From NCBI GenBank assembly GCA_024643795.1, contig JAHEMF010000006.1, forward strand, positions 22,112-86,111: a DNA stretch of 64,000 nt, given 5' to 3'. The stretch's first letter is position 1, and each line of letters opens with the position of its first letter. The notes beneath the pieces were generated by a model that did not search any database, was not told the DNA's origin, and saw only the letters and a list, made by a program, of their open reading frames with translations. Positions 39,104 to 49,562 of the stretch are shown here, in pieces. Source of the stretch: Bacteroidota bacterium. GTDB taxonomy: Bacteria > Bacteroidota > Bacteroidia > AKYH767-A > OLB10. Both the position numbers and the translations under genes were made by a program.

Positions 39104-39795
39104 GTGGAACAGATGTAATTTTTTTTGATCTGGACCATACACTTTGGGATTTCGACAGAAATAGTCGTGAAACGCTTCATGAATTATTTATTGATTTTAA
39201 ATTATGGGATCAAGGTATTGGCGACCTTGAAGCCTTTATTAACGAATATATCCGTATCAACCATGAAATGTGGAATGGTTACCATACCGGAACTGTTCAG
39301 AAAAGTGAACTGCGCGTTGGAAGATTCATGAAAGCACTACAAACCCAAGGTGTATCTGATGATAAGTTGGCAAACAATATGTCTGAAGCATACCTGGAGA
39401 GGTGTCCGGACAAAAAACATTTATTTCCAGGAGCAACTGAAACTCTTAGTTACCTGCGTACCAAGTACTCATTACATCTCATCACAAATGGATTTAAAGA
39501 AACTCAATTTCGAAAACTGAATGGTTCGGGTTTGGCACACTATTTTGACGGAATTCATATTTCAGAGGTGGTTGGGTTTAACAAACCACACAAGGGTATA
39601 TTCGACCATGCCGTGCTATCTGCAAGTACATCTCCTTCAAAATGTGTGATGGTTGGTGATAACCTTGAAGCAGATATTAAAGGTGCTATGAACTCCGGAA
39701 TAAAGGCCATACTCTTTGATCCTGAAAACAAAAGTATTTCAGGATACGCACATACCACCATTAGTCATTTAGAACAACTTACGCTTATCCTATAA
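39100..39795 (+). CDS. yjjG: YjjG-family HAD noncanonical pyrimidine nucleotidase
   Basis: FFDLDHTLWDF, ITNGF, KPHKGIF, MVGDNLEADI. Confidence 0.9.
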   Translation: MSGTDVIFFDLDHTLWDFDRNSRETLHELFIDFKLWDQGIGDLEAFINEYIRINHEMWNGYHTGTVQKSELRVGRFMKALQTQGVSDDKLANNMSEAYLERCPDKKHLFPGATETLSYLRTKYSLHLITNGFKETQFRKLNGSGLAHYFDGIHISEVVGFNKPHKGIFDHAVLSASTSPSKCVMVGDNLEADIKGAMNSGIKAILFDPENKSISGYAHTTISHLEQLTLIL

Positions 39796-39828
39796 TGCAA
39801 AAATCCCGGAGTTACCGGGATCTTTGCA
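39796..39828. terminator. Probable bidirectional terminator between convergent genes
   Basis: TGCAAAAATCCCGG-AGTTA-CCGGGATCTTTGCA. Confidence 0.7.
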
Positions 39829-39883
39829 GCAAGCGATGATTAAAAGATTAAACTTAATTCAACAATTATAAAGAACTATAAAA

Positions 39884-40192
39884 TTAATTTTCTTCGGACT
39901 TCATTTCATTGTTCATTTTACCGTGCCCTGCGCAAGCTGTTTTGCTTTTCTTTCCCTTTGAGCAGCAGCTTTTATTAGCCGACTTTTTACTATCACAGCA
40001 TGATTTTGATTTGGTTCCTTCTGGAGCCATTTTCATTTCGTAACCTACTTCTTCTGACTCAGTTGAAGATTTAGCTTTTACCTGAACGGCTTGTGTTTCA
40101 TCTGTTTTGGAAGTTTGCTTGGTAGATTGGGCTGAAGCCATTACAGTACTTGCAAGGAGGCCGGCAGCCACCAGAACTAATAATTTTCTCAT
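39884..40192 (-). CDS. Small exported protein with Cys-pair/Lys-rich C-terminus
   Basis: Signal peptide ending ASA-Q; SCCDSKKSANKSCCSKGKKSKTACAGHG. Confidence 0.75.
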   Translation of the reverse strand: MRKLLVLVAAGLLASTVMASAQSTKQTSKTDETQAVQVKAKSSTESEEVGYEMKMAPEGTKSKSCCDSKKSANKSCCSKGKKSKTACAGHGKMNNEMKSEEN

Positions 40193-40308
40193 AACTTATT
40201 GTTATTAAACATTTGTATTACACAATTATAGTAAATTCATCATTAAGTTTGGATGAATTTTTAACGCTGATGTCTCATTTTCATGGTTTCAATGTAATTT
40301 AATCGAAA

Positions 40309-41544
40309 ATGACAGGAAAAGAGAATTTGAAGATCGCCTTAGGTGCAATTCAGGCGCAGTTATTACGAACTGTACTTACCGCGTTAATAATTGCGATCGG
40401 AATTATGGCTCTTGTGGGTATTCTTACTGCTACTGATGCTATTGAGTCTTCTATTAGTTCCAACTTTTCAAGCATGGGTGCTAACTCATTCACTGTTAGG
40501 AATTCAGGTATGGGTATAAGAATTGGCAGAGAGGGAGTTAAGCCTAAGCGATACCAACGGATAACTTTTAATGAAGCCACCAGATTCAAACAGAGGTTGA
40601 ATTATCCTTCTATCATATCCATTTCAACATTTGCAACACAAATAGGAGTTGCTAAGTACCAGCAAATAGAAAGTAATCCTAACATAATGGTATTAGGAGC
40701 TGATGAAGAGTACCTCAATGTTTCAGGATATAAACTTAAAACAGGGCGTAACTTTTCTCATCAGGAATTAGACCTGGGTCAGGGAGTTGTTATCTTGGGG
40801 AGTGAAGTCGCCTCTTTGTTATTTGAAAGTGATCAGGAGGCGATAGATAAGATTATTGGAATAGGGATCAACAAGTATAGAGTGATCGGAGTGCTCGAAG
40901 AAAAAGGGTCCAGCATGGGTTTTGCAAACGATCGGATATGTATAGTACCCGTACAAAATGTAAAGGTCAGGTTTGGAGACCAAAACCGGAGTTATACAAT
41001 CACAGTTATGGTTACTGATGTTCTTGCTCTTGAAACGGCTTCAAGTGAAACCACCGGTTTATTCAGAGTGATTCGGGGCGACAGACCCGGAATGGAAAAT
41101 TCATTCGAAATTGTTAAAAGTGATAGTCTTGCTAATATATTGATAAGCCAACTTGATTATGTAACCATAGCAGCCACAATAATTGGAATCATAACGCTTT
41201 TAGGTGCAGCAATTGGACTCATGAACATCATGTTGGTTTCAGTAACCGAACGAACCAGGGAAATAGGGATAAGGAAAAGCACGGGTGCAAAACGATCTGA
41301 TATAAGAAATCAGTTTTTAACTGAAGCGATCCTTATATGCCAAATAGGTGGAATTGCCGGAATAATTTTAGGTATAACAATAGGTAACCTTATGGGGATG
41401 TCAATGAATGCAGCATTTGTAATTCCCTGGATCTGGATATTTTCAGGTGTTTTTCTATGTCTATTGGTAGGTGTCATTTCAGGTCTTTACCCTGCTGTTA
41501 AAGCTTCGAGGCTTGATCCTATAGAGGCACTCAGGTACGAGTGA
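40309..41544 (+). CDS. MacB/FtsX-family ABC transporter permease
   Basis: [13 protein letters not shown], periplasmic domain, [29 protein letters not shown]. Confidence 0.92.
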   Translation: MTGKENLKIALGAIQAQLLRTVLTALIIAIGIMALVGILTATDAIESSISSNFSSMGANSFTVRNSGMGIRIGREGVKPKRYQRITFNEATRFKQRLNYPSIISISTFATQIGVAKYQQIESNPNIMVLGADEEYLNVSGYKLKTGRNFSHQELDLGQGVVILGSEVASLLFESDQEAIDKIIGIGINKYRVIGVLEEKGSSMGFANDRICIVPVQNVKVRFGDQNRSYTITVMVTDVLALETASSETTGLFRVIRGDRPGMENSFEIVKSDSLANILISQLDYVTIAATIIGIITLLGAAIGLMNIMLVSVTERTREIGIRKSTGAKRSDIRNQFLTEAILICQIGGIAGIILGITIGNLMGMSMNAAFVIPWIWIFSGVFLCLLVGVISGLYPAVKASRLDPIEALRYE

Positions 41545-41646
41545 TCTCATAAATAATTGATATTCAGCAAGATGTAAATTTATTTAAGTATTAGGTGATG
41601 TGAGTAAGATTTTAACTCCCTAATTGTCTGTTTCACATACATTTTG

Positions 41647-41654
41647 TACATTTG
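41647..41654 (+). promoter_or_regulatory. -7 promoter element of rpsF-rpsR-rplI
   Basis: TACATTTG, 38 nt before the rpsF ATG. Confidence 0.6.
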
Positions 41655-41692
41655 CCGTCCCTTAAAAGGAGTCTAATTAATTAAATAAAAGC

Positions 41693-42061
41693 ATGTTAAA
41701 ACAGTACGAAACGGTCTTTATCATGAATCCTGTATTATCGCAGGAGCAGGTAATTGACACGGTCGACAAATTCAGAAAAATCCTCACCGACAGCGGTACC
41801 GAAATTGTTCACGAGAACAACTGGGGATTGAGAAAGCTGGCTTACCCAATCCAGAAAAAAACTACGGGTTTCTATTATCTGATCGAGTTTAAATCATCAG
41901 GCGAACTGATTAATAAACTTGAGATTGAATTTAAAAGGGATGAAAGGATCATGCGATTCCTGACAATCCTGTTGGATAAGCACGCTGTTGCTTACAACGA
42001 AAAGAAAAGGAAAAATGCCACTATTAAAAAGGCAGAAGAAGAATCTTTAACTCAATCATGA
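41693..42061 (+). CDS. rpsF: 30S ribosomal protein S6
   Basis: [23 protein letters not shown]. Confidence 0.97.
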   Translation: MLKQYETVFIMNPVLSQEQVIDTVDKFRKILTDSGTEIVHENNWGLRKLAYPIQKKTTGFYYLIEFKSSGELINKLEIEFKRDERIMRFLTILLDKHAVAYNEKKRKNATIKKAEEESLTQS

Positions 42062-42068
42062 TCAGAAA

Positions 42069-42332
42069 ATGGCTAACAACGAAGTAAGATATCTCAATCC
42101 TCCGGCAGTAGAGGTCAGTAAAAAGAAATACTGCAGATTCAAAAAGATTGGCATCAAGTACATTGATTACAAGGATGCCACATTTCTAACCAAGTTTGTA
42201 AACGATCAAGGTAAGCTATTGCCTCGCAGACTAACAGGAACATCACTGAAATTTCAGAGAAAAGTTTCTCAGGCTGTTAAGAGAGCTCGTCATCTTGCTT
42301 TGATGCCGTATGTTACAGATTTATTAAAGTAA
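42069..42332 (+). CDS. rpsR: 30S ribosomal protein S18
   Basis: [34 protein letters not shown]. Confidence 0.97.
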   Translation: MANNEVRYLNPPAVEVSKKKYCRFKKIGIKYIDYKDATFLTKFVNDQGKLLPRRLTGTSLKFQRKVSQAVKRARHLALMPYVTDLLK

Positions 42333-42338
42333 GGAGGT
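42330..42338 (+). promoter_or_regulatory. Strong Shine-Dalgarno sequence for rplI
   Basis: TAAGGAGGT overlaps the rpsR stop and ends 6 nt before the ATG at 42345. Confidence 0.8.
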
Positions 42339-42344
42339 AAAGAA

Positions 42345-42791
42345 ATGGATATTATATTAAAACAAGACATCAAGAACCTTGGCTACGCACATGATGTGGT
42401 AAAAGTTCGTAATGGATATGGTTTGAACTACCTTATTCCTAAAGGATACGCGGTCATCGCTAATGAAGCCAATATTAAGATCAATGAAGAGGTCTTACGT
42501 CAAAGGGCACATAAGCTTGAAAAGCTTAAAGGTGATGCTGAATCTGCAAGATCAGCAATTGAAAATGTTGTGCTTACTATCACTGCCAAGGCTGGTGAGA
42601 ACGGTAAACTATTTGGTTCTGTAACCACACAGCAAATTGCTGATGTGTTGAAGAAAATGGGACATATTGTTGATAAGAAACAGATTTCAATCAAAGAAGA
42701 TCACATTAAAACTCTTGGTACTTATACAGCAGAGATCCAGCTTCACAGGGAGGTGACCTTCCCGGTTACTTTCGAAGTTGTGGCATCATAA
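42345..42791 (+). CDS. rplI: 50S ribosomal protein L9
   Basis: VKVRNGYGLNYLIPKG, KLFGSVT, IKTLG, LHREV. Confidence 0.97.
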   Translation: MDIILKQDIKNLGYAHDVVKVRNGYGLNYLIPKGYAVIANEANIKINEEVLRQRAHKLEKLKGDAESARSAIENVVLTITAKAGENGKLFGSVTTQQIADVLKKMGHIVDKKQISIKEDHIKTLGTYTAEIQLHREVTFPVTFEVVAS

Positions 42792-42808
42792 TGTAAACGA
42801 GTTCAGAT

Positions 42809-42843
42809 AAAAGGCAGCGCAAATAACAAGCGTTGCCTTTTTC
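42809..42843 (+). terminator. Intrinsic terminator after rplI
   Basis: AAAAGGCAGCGC-N9-GCGTTGCCTTTTT. Confidence 0.7.
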
Positions 42844-42871
42844 ATTTAAACTAAATAAGAAAAGGTAAATA

Positions 42872-43432
42872 ATGGCAAATACAGGTGATATCAATGTGGG
42901 TTCAGTTATCCGGTACAACGGTGAATTATGTCAGATCATAGAATATCAACACCGTACACCGGGTAATCTAAGAGCATTTTATCAGGCCAAGATGCGAAAC
43001 CTGAAAACCGGTAAGCTGGCAGAATGCAGGTTCAGAGCCGGAGAAGCTGTAGAATTGGCCAGAGTAGAATACAAGGAGTTACAGTTCATATTCAAGGAAG
43101 GAGATAATCTGGTGTTAATGGATAGTGAAACTTTTGACCAGGTGTATATTCCTGAGGAAATGTTTGGTTCAAGTGCTAAATTCCTCAAAGAAGAAATGGT
43201 TGTAAAGGTTGCATTTGAAAATGATAATCCTATTTTGGCTGAGCCCCCTACTTTTGTTGAGCTTGAGATAACCTATGCCGAACCTGGCGTTAAGGGGGAT
43301 ACAGCCACCAATACATTAAAGCCTGCTACTCTTGAAACAGGAGCAATTATCAACGTCCCGCTTTTTGTTAATCAGGGAGAAAAGATCAAGGTTGATACAC
43401 GCACCGAATCATATGTTGAGAGAGTAAAGTAA
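42872..43432 (+). CDS. efp: Elongation factor P (PGNLR loop variant)
   Basis: KMRNLKTG, PGVKGDTA, KPATLETG, VPLFVNQGEKIKVDTR, YVER; loop HRTPGNLRAF. Confidence 0.95.
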   Translation: MANTGDINVGSVIRYNGELCQIIEYQHRTPGNLRAFYQAKMRNLKTGKLAECRFRAGEAVELARVEYKELQFIFKEGDNLVLMDSETFDQVYIPEEMFGSSAKFLKEEMVVKVAFENDNPILAEPPTFVELEITYAEPGVKGDTATNTLKPATLETGAIINVPLFVNQGEKIKVDTRTESYVERVK

Positions 43433-43501
43433 TACATAGAATTTATTGATGATAATAATAAAGTTTGCGTCTCGAATCCTTTTTTTGAAACCTCACGTAA
43501 T

Positions 43502-43906
43502 TTGAAGTATCTCACTTTTGCCTTGCTGTTACTGGTTCTTATTTCGTGTAACTATGAGAATAAACCAGGGAAGTACTATTACAGTGATCAACAATACGAT
43601 TCAAGTGAAGATATGGTAGATGTTGTTGACCCATACAATGATTCAGAGGTGCATGAGTTTTTAAATAATAAAGTGTTGAGCTATAAAAACTATAGATTAA
43701 CTATTGATGATTCATTGCATGCAGACTTAAAAAAGGATGGTAACAATATAAATAGTGGTTATTTTCAGATTAAGCCCTACATGTTAAGTGAAGAAAGAAT
43801 GCTGATTTTACATGATACTATAACTAACAAAGAAGTAAACTTCACATTATCAGAAAAAGGCAGACTGACAGATCGGTCGAGTTATATTATTTACTCCCCT
43901 GAATAA
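43502..43906 (+). CDS. Hypothetical lipoprotein
   Basis: MKYLTFALLLLVLISC lipobox; TTG start. Confidence 0.65.
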   Translation: MKYLTFALLLLVLISCNYENKPGKYYYSDQQYDSSEDMVDVVDPYNDSEVHEFLNNKVLSYKNYRLTIDDSLHADLKKDGNNINSGYFQIKPYMLSEERMLILHDTITNKEVNFTLSEKGRLTDRSSYIIYSPE

Positions 43907-43909
43907 GTA

Positions 43910-45718
43910 TCAGGCCATCACTTTCTTGGTCTGTCTTTTCCTTTCGTTCTCATCCAGATAGATTTTTCTGATACGAATTGATTTTGGAGTCAATTCAACA
44001 TACTCATCCCATTCAATATATTCAAGTGCTTCTTCCAGCGACATATCAATTCTGGGAGCGATCCGAACGTTGTCATCACTTCCTGCAGCTCGGAAATTTG
44101 TAAGTTGCTTTGCGCGGGTAATATTGATCACAAGGTCTCCTGGTCTGATATGTTCTCCAACCACCTGGCCTCCATACACCTCATCTCCGGGTGCTATGAA
44201 AAATCGTCCCCTATCCTGCATTTTATCAATGGCATAGGGTGTTGAAGTGCCTTTTTCCATGGATATCAACACTCCATTGATCCTTCCGGCTATTGTGCCC
44301 TTCCAAGGTTCATATGACTTGAATCGATGCGCCATGATAGCTTCACCGGCTGTTGCGGTAAGTATTTGATTTCTTAACCCTATAAGACCTCTGGCCGGGA
44401 TCTCAAATTCGAGATGTTGCATATCTCCTTTAGGCTCCATGATAAGCAGTTCGCCCTTCTTTTGAGTTACAAGTTCTATGACCTTGCCAGCAACAGATTC
44501 GGGGGTATCAATTGCCAATACTTCAACGGGCTCACATTTAGTGCCATTTATCTCCTTGGTAATAACTTTTGGTTGGCCAACCTGTAATTCATATCCTTCC
44601 CGGCGCATTGTTTCGATAAGAATAGATAAGTGTAGTATACCTCTGCCATAAACCAGATATGAATCAGGTGAGGATGTCTCTTCTACCCTCAAAGCCAGAT
44701 TCTTTTCAAGCTCTTTAAAAAGTCGTTCTCTTATATGCCTGGATGTTACGAACTTTCCTTCTTTACCAAAAAAAGGACTGTTGTTAATTGTGAAAAGCAT
44801 ATTCATTGTTGGCTCATCAACAGCTATAGGCTGAAGTTGTTCCGGAGTTTCTGCATCTGCAATTGTATCACCAATATCAAAATCTTCTATTCCGGTAATT
44901 GCACAAATGTCACCGGAAGGAACTTCTGTGGTCTTTGTTCTTCCTAGACCTTCAAAAACGAATAGCTCTCGAATCTTTGATTTGATCTTACTGCCATCTT
45001 TTTTCATTAATGTTACCGGCATATTCTCACGCAAGGTTCCTCTGGAAACCCTTCCAATTGCTATTCTTCCCAAAAAGGATGAATAATCTAAAGAAGTAAT
45101 AAGTAGCTGAGGTGTGCCCTCTCTTATCGGGGCAGGAGGAACCACATCAATAATTGTATCAAGCAAAGATGTTATATCAGAGGTTTCGTTCTTCCAGTCG
45201 GTTGACATCCAGCCGTGTTTTGATGAGCCGTAAAGTGTTGGGAAGTCTAACTGTTCTTCAGTAGCATCCAGATTAAAGAACAGATCAAATACCTGCTCAT
45301 GAACAATATCGGGTCTGCAATTTTCTTTATCAACCTTATTAATGACCAATATTGGTTTCAAACCTGCCTGAAGTGCCTTTTGAAGTACAAATCGCGTTTG
45401 AGGCATCGGTCCTTCAAATGCATCTACCAGAAGTAAAACACCATCAGCCATGGTAAGCACCCTTTCAACCTCACCGCCAAAATCTGCGTGGCCCGGCGTG
45501 TCAATTATATTGATCTTTACATCATTGTAAGTAACTGATACGTTCTTGGCAACAATGGTAATACCTCTTTCACGTTCAAGGTCATTGTTATCCAAAATTA
45601 ATTCGCCCATTTGCTGGTTATCTCTGAATAGTCTTGATTGATGTAATATTTTATCAACCAAAGTGGTTTTGCCATGGTCAACGTGCGCTATGATCGCAAT
45701 ATTTCTGATCGATTGCAT
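43910..45718 (-). CDS. typA: Translational GTPase TypA/BipA
   Basis: [55 protein letters not shown]. Confidence 0.97.
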   Translation of the reverse strand: MQSIRNIAIIAHVDHGKTTLVDKILHQSRLFRDNQQMGELILDNNDLERERGITIVAKNVSVTYNDVKINIIDTPGHADFGGEVERVLTMADGVLLLVDAFEGPMPQTRFVLQKALQAGLKPILVINKVDKENCRPDIVHEQVFDLFFNLDATEEQLDFPTLYGSSKHGWMSTDWKNETSDITSLLDTIIDVVPPAPIREGTPQLLITSLDYSSFLGRIAIGRVSRGTLRENMPVTLMKKDGSKIKSKIRELFVFEGLGRTKTTEVPSGDICAITGIEDFDIGDTIADAETPEQLQPIAVDEPTMNMLFTINNSPFFGKEGKFVTSRHIRERLFKELEKNLALRVEETSSPDSYLVYGRGILHLSILIETMRREGYELQVGQPKVITKEINGTKCEPVEVLAIDTPESVAGKVIELVTQKKGELLIMEPKGDMQHLEFEIPARGLIGLRNQILTATAGEAIMAHRFKSYEPWKGTIAGRINGVLISMEKGTSTPYAIDKMQDRGRFFIAPGDEVYGGQVVGEHIRPGDLVINITRAKQLTNFRAAGSDDNVRIAPRIDMSLEEALEYIEWDEYVELTPKSIRIRKIYLDENERKRQTKKVMA

Positions 45719-45735
45719 TTCTTAAAATTGAAGCG

Positions 45736-45944
45736 CAAAGGTACGGCTTTATTGGTCATGATGTATCAAACCCATTTGCTGTTATTCATCAAACCAGCTT
45801 CAAATATAAAAGTTATAATAACTTGATAATCAGGTATATATAATAATACACTGATTTTATTTCCAGTTTGCTGTAATAATTGTGCAAATGTTGAATAGAT
45901 CACGGCACCATATATATTATCCGCTCATCTAATTATTAAATTTG
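45736..45944. promoter_or_regulatory. Divergent -7 promoter elements for typA (minus) and lpxD (plus)
   Basis: TACCTTTG on minus (45736-45743); TAAATTTG on plus (45937-45944). Confidence 0.55.
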
Positions 45945-45960
45945 TAACGAGCCAATTCTT

Positions 45961-46902
45961 ATGAAACTATCTCAGCCTGTCTTGTTGGAGGAATTAGCAC
46001 AACTGTGCAATTCCAAAATAATGGGTGATCCAAGGTCAATGGTCACGGGAATTAATGAAATTCATATGGTTGAGAAGGGTGATCTCACTTTTGTAGATCA
46101 TCCCAAGTATTATGAAAAAGCACTCAACTCAGCCGCTACGTTTATTATTATTAATAAGGAAGTCACACCACCTGAGGGTAAAGGATTGTTGATATCTGAT
46201 GATCCGTTCCGTGATTATGTGAAATTGGTGAAATATTATCGACCATTTGAAAGTGCTGGTAAAATGATCTCCGCTTCAAGTTCGATAGGAGAAAATACAC
46301 AACTTCAACCGGGAGTGTTTGTTGGAAACCATGTCAAAATTGGAAATAATTGTATCATTCATCCGGGAGTTGTAATATATGACCATTGCAAGGTTGGTGA
46401 TAATGTTATCATTCATGCAAATACGGTGATAGGAGCTGATGCTTTTTATTTTAAGCGCCGCCCATCTATGTATGATAAGATGGAGTCGTGTGGTGCAGTT
46501 ATAATTGAAGATAATGTTGAGATAGGAGCATCGTGTACTATTGATAAGGGTGTGTCAGGCAATACAATTATTGGGTGGGGCACTAAAATGGATAATCACA
46601 TACATGTTGGTCATGATACAGTAATAGGCAAAAATTGCCTGATTGCAGCACAGGCCGGAATTGCTGGTGTGGTAAAAATTGAGGATGATGTTATTATTTG
46701 GGGACAGGTCGGCGTTCAAAAGGATCTTGTGATAGGCAAAGGCGCAGTGATCTTCGGACAGTCCGGAGTTTCTAAATCTTTGAAGGGTGATGCAGAGTAT
46801 TTTGGTAGTCCTGCCCGGGAAGCCCGGGAAGCCATGAAAGATATTTTCAACTTACGTATGCTCCCAAGAATTCTTGAGGATTTTAAAAAAGATAAATCGT
46901 GA
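45961..46902 (+). CDS. lpxD: UDP-3-O-(3-hydroxymyristoyl)glucosamine N-acyltransferase (LpxD-like)
   Basis: N-terminal LTFVDHPKY domain, hexapeptide repeats, IGADAFYF, VEIGASCTIDKG, DNHIHVGHD. Confidence 0.88.
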   Translation: MKLSQPVLLEELAQLCNSKIMGDPRSMVTGINEIHMVEKGDLTFVDHPKYYEKALNSAATFIIINKEVTPPEGKGLLISDDPFRDYVKLVKYYRPFESAGKMISASSSIGENTQLQPGVFVGNHVKIGNNCIIHPGVVIYDHCKVGDNVIIHANTVIGADAFYFKRRPSMYDKMESCGAVIIEDNVEIGASCTIDKGVSGNTIIGWGTKMDNHIHVGHDTVIGKNCLIAAQAGIAGVVKIEDDVIIWGQVGVQKDLVIGKGAVIFGQSGVSKSLKGDAEYFGSPAREAREAMKDIFNLRMLPRILEDFKKDKS

Positions 46903-48128
46903 AGGAGATCACTAAACAATCAGACGGACAGGATCTGGAGTTGCAAAAACTTCAGTTGTATTGGCTATTGCAGATCACAAAGGCGATCAATTACAATATA
47001 CCGGCTTCCGGTTTGTATGAGATATATCAGAAAGTTACACGTGATCATTTGAAAATTGAATGTCTGTCACTCATTGTTAAGGGTGAAGTGTGGAAACAAG
47101 AGATCGGTTATGGATTGAGCTTGCCAATGGAACAAGATCATATCACGGAATACATTGAACATGCCGGACTCTTTGGAGATTTGGATGCTGAGCTGCCGGA
47201 GTGGTTAGGTCAATTTGATACAATCATCCCTGTACTGCATAAGGACAAGCCTCTTGCCTATGCTTTTATTGGAAAGCTTGACCATTCGGTTTTCCAAAAT
47301 CGAAGAGATGCGTCTTCTTTTTTACATACAATCACTAATGTTATCACCGTTGCAATTGAGAACAAGCGTTTAGTAAAAGAAAGCCTTCAGCAAGCTGCAG
47401 TGCAGCGTGAGCTTGAACTTGCTGCTCAAATGCAATCTATGCTTTTCCCTTCTGATCTTCATCTGAATGGGTTTATGGATATTGCAGCCACCTATATTCC
47501 ACATCAGCAGATAGGAGGAGACTACTATGATTTTATTAAGCTTAACGAAGATGAAGCCATATTATGCATGGCGGACGTCTCAGGTAAAGGTGTTTCTGCA
47601 GCGTTGTTGATGTCGAATTTTCAGGCTAACCTCCATGCACTTGTTAAGTATGAAAGTTCGCTGACCGAAATAGTTGATCAATTGAATGCATGTGTAAATA
47701 AGTCAGCAAAAGGTGAAAAATTCATCACCTTTTTTATTGCAAAAGTTAATCGCATCACCCGAGAGTTGATTTATATCAATGCAGGTCACCACCCCCCTGC
47801 AATTGTGATGAATAATAAGACTGAGTCACTTGATGTAGGTACTACCGGACTCGGAATGTTCGAGGAGTTGCCATTTTTAAATGAAGGAAAAGTTCATTTT
47901 CCTGCCGGCTCAATACTTTTTTTATATACTGACGGAATTCCTGAAATGGAAAATAATGAAGGACAAGCTTTTGGAAATGACTTGTTAATGAACCTGCTTA
48001 CAAACAACCTTAACATCGAAAGTATGAATCATTTGCACCACGCAATGATTGATGAGTTCAACAGGTTCAGGGAAGACAGGGATTTTACAGACGATGTAAC
48101 ATTTTTAAGCTGTAGACTTTTCCTGTAG
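46899..48128 (+). CDS. PP2C/SpoIIE-family Ser/Thr phosphatase with GAF-like N-terminus
   Basis: ELELAAQMQ, GGDYYD, ADVSGKGVSAAL, NAGH, YTDG, DDVT. Confidence 0.9.
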   Translation: MKEITKQSDGQDLELQKLQLYWLLQITKAINYNIPASGLYEIYQKVTRDHLKIECLSLIVKGEVWKQEIGYGLSLPMEQDHITEYIEHAGLFGDLDAELPEWLGQFDTIIPVLHKDKPLAYAFIGKLDHSVFQNRRDASSFLHTITNVITVAIENKRLVKESLQQAAVQRELELAAQMQSMLFPSDLHLNGFMDIAATYIPHQQIGGDYYDFIKLNEDEAILCMADVSGKGVSAALLMSNFQANLHALVKYESSLTEIVDQLNACVNKSAKGEKFITFFIAKVNRITRELIYINAGHHPPAIVMNNKTESLDVGTTGLGMFEELPFLNEGKVHFPAGSILFLYTDGIPEMENNEGQAFGNDLLMNLLTNNLNIESMNHLHHAMIDEFNRFREDRDFTDDVTFLSCRLFL

Positions 48129-49562
48129 TTTTTCAGATTTTGATCCATAAATATCCAGGGCGGTTATAATTGCAATAAATCCCCAGAACGGCAATGATGC
48201 TTTTTCGGTATCAAGAAAATTGTTCAACATGCCATGTACCCAGTAGGTCACCAATCCTAGCAGGAGGGCTTTAACTAAATTTCTTTGTCTGTTATCGATA
48301 CAGTTTATTATAAACTTTGACGCTGTCATAATAACAGCCACGCCTATGAGGATAAATAATACCGGTCCGGGTATTCCTTGTTCTGCCAAAGGACCAATAT
48401 ACTCACTATGGGCATTGCCACCTTCTCCAAAGTTTGTACTTATTATGGTTTTTTCATCGATCTTTTGAAACGGCGCATATTGAAACATATAGGTACCTGG
48501 TCCCCAGCCAAAAACAGGTTTTTGTGCAAACATTCTGAATGCCGAATTCCATCTGTTCAACCGTTCAACATTTGATGCATCTGTTGTGATATTGGAAGCG
48601 GACTGAATATGTGATGCATAGTCTGAGGATGATTCTTCATCATTTCGTTCCAACTCCATTGTAATAGTAGTTTGAAATGCGAGATAAAGTAAAATGATGC
48701 TAAAAAATCCAGTTATGACGACCCATGTTTTAACCCTGAACACAAGAACCAGATAACATAATAAAGCAGCAAGCAAACTAACCCAAGAAGCACGTGTATA
48801 GGATAAGATCAGGCTTATGATAAAAATAATCATCACAATTCCAGATGACCACCGCATTACTGAACTGTACCCTTTGTCGAAAGTGAACATGATCAAAAGA
48901 GGAAGATACATGGCTGCAGCTGCGGCATATGCTGTATGGTCATTATAAAATGGAACCATAGAAACATGTGCCGCTTTTTCTGTAAAACCAGCAGAAGCAT
49001 GGTTGAATATTGTAAAAGCTATTACGCCTGTGAATGCAATAATGTATAACCAGATAAATTTTCTCGCTTTGCTAAGATCTTTGAAAACTTGACTTCCCAA
49101 GTAAAAGAATACCATAACAAAGGAAAATCTTGCAACCGTCTGCTTGATAGATACAACAGGCATTGTACTTGTGAATGAAGTTATAAACATCCAAATCAAA
49201 TGAAGCATGATGGTTAAACTGATAGGATGGTACAAAAGCTTCTTATCAATCCCACCATCATGCAATAGCTTTAAAATGTATACTAACATGATCCCAAAAA
49301 TTATGGGTTCAGAAGGTAAGCTAACCCCAATACCCAGTCCTGTCTTTGCAAGGTTAATGGAAAATGGTGTGATCAGACCTGTGAACAGGAGCATCAGATC
49401 TAACCTGGTTAAAGAAGTAAAAACTAACAGGATAAGAATAGGAGCAATAAAAAAAAGCAACCATTCATTGGCTAGTGCTACCACTGAAAGTAATAGATAC
49501 GCGGAAACCAGACCATACAATAAGTATGGCTTGCTGTTTTCTATTGTGCCTTTAAGTGGCAT
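48105..49562 (-). CDS. O-antigen ligase/polymerase (Wzy_C/WaaL) family protein
   Basis: Many TMs, SYTRASW, SNVERLNRW, PVFGWGPG, NAHSEY, AEQGIPG. Confidence 0.85.
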   Translation of the reverse strand: MPLKGTIENSKPYLLYGLVSAYLLLSVVALANEWLLFFIAPILILLVFTSLTRLDLMLLFTGLITPFSINLAKTGLGIGVSLPSEPIIFGIMLVYILKLLHDGGIDKKLLYHPISLTIMLHLIWMFITSFTSTMPVVSIKQTVARFSFVMVFFYLGSQVFKDLSKARKFIWLYIIAFTGVIAFTIFNHASAGFTEKAAHVSMVPFYNDHTAYAAAAAMYLPLLIMFTFDKGYSSVMRWSSGIVMIIFIISLILSYTRASWVSLLAALLCYLVLVFRVKTWVVITGFFSIILLYLAFQTTITMELERNDEESSSDYASHIQSASNITTDASNVERLNRWNSAFRMFAQKPVFGWGPGTYMFQYAPFQKIDEKTIISTNFGEGGNAHSEYIGPLAEQGIPGPVLFILIGVAVIMTASKFIINCIDNRQRNLVKALLLGLVTYWVHGMLNNFLDTEKASLPFWGFIAIITALDIYGSKSEKLQEKSTA

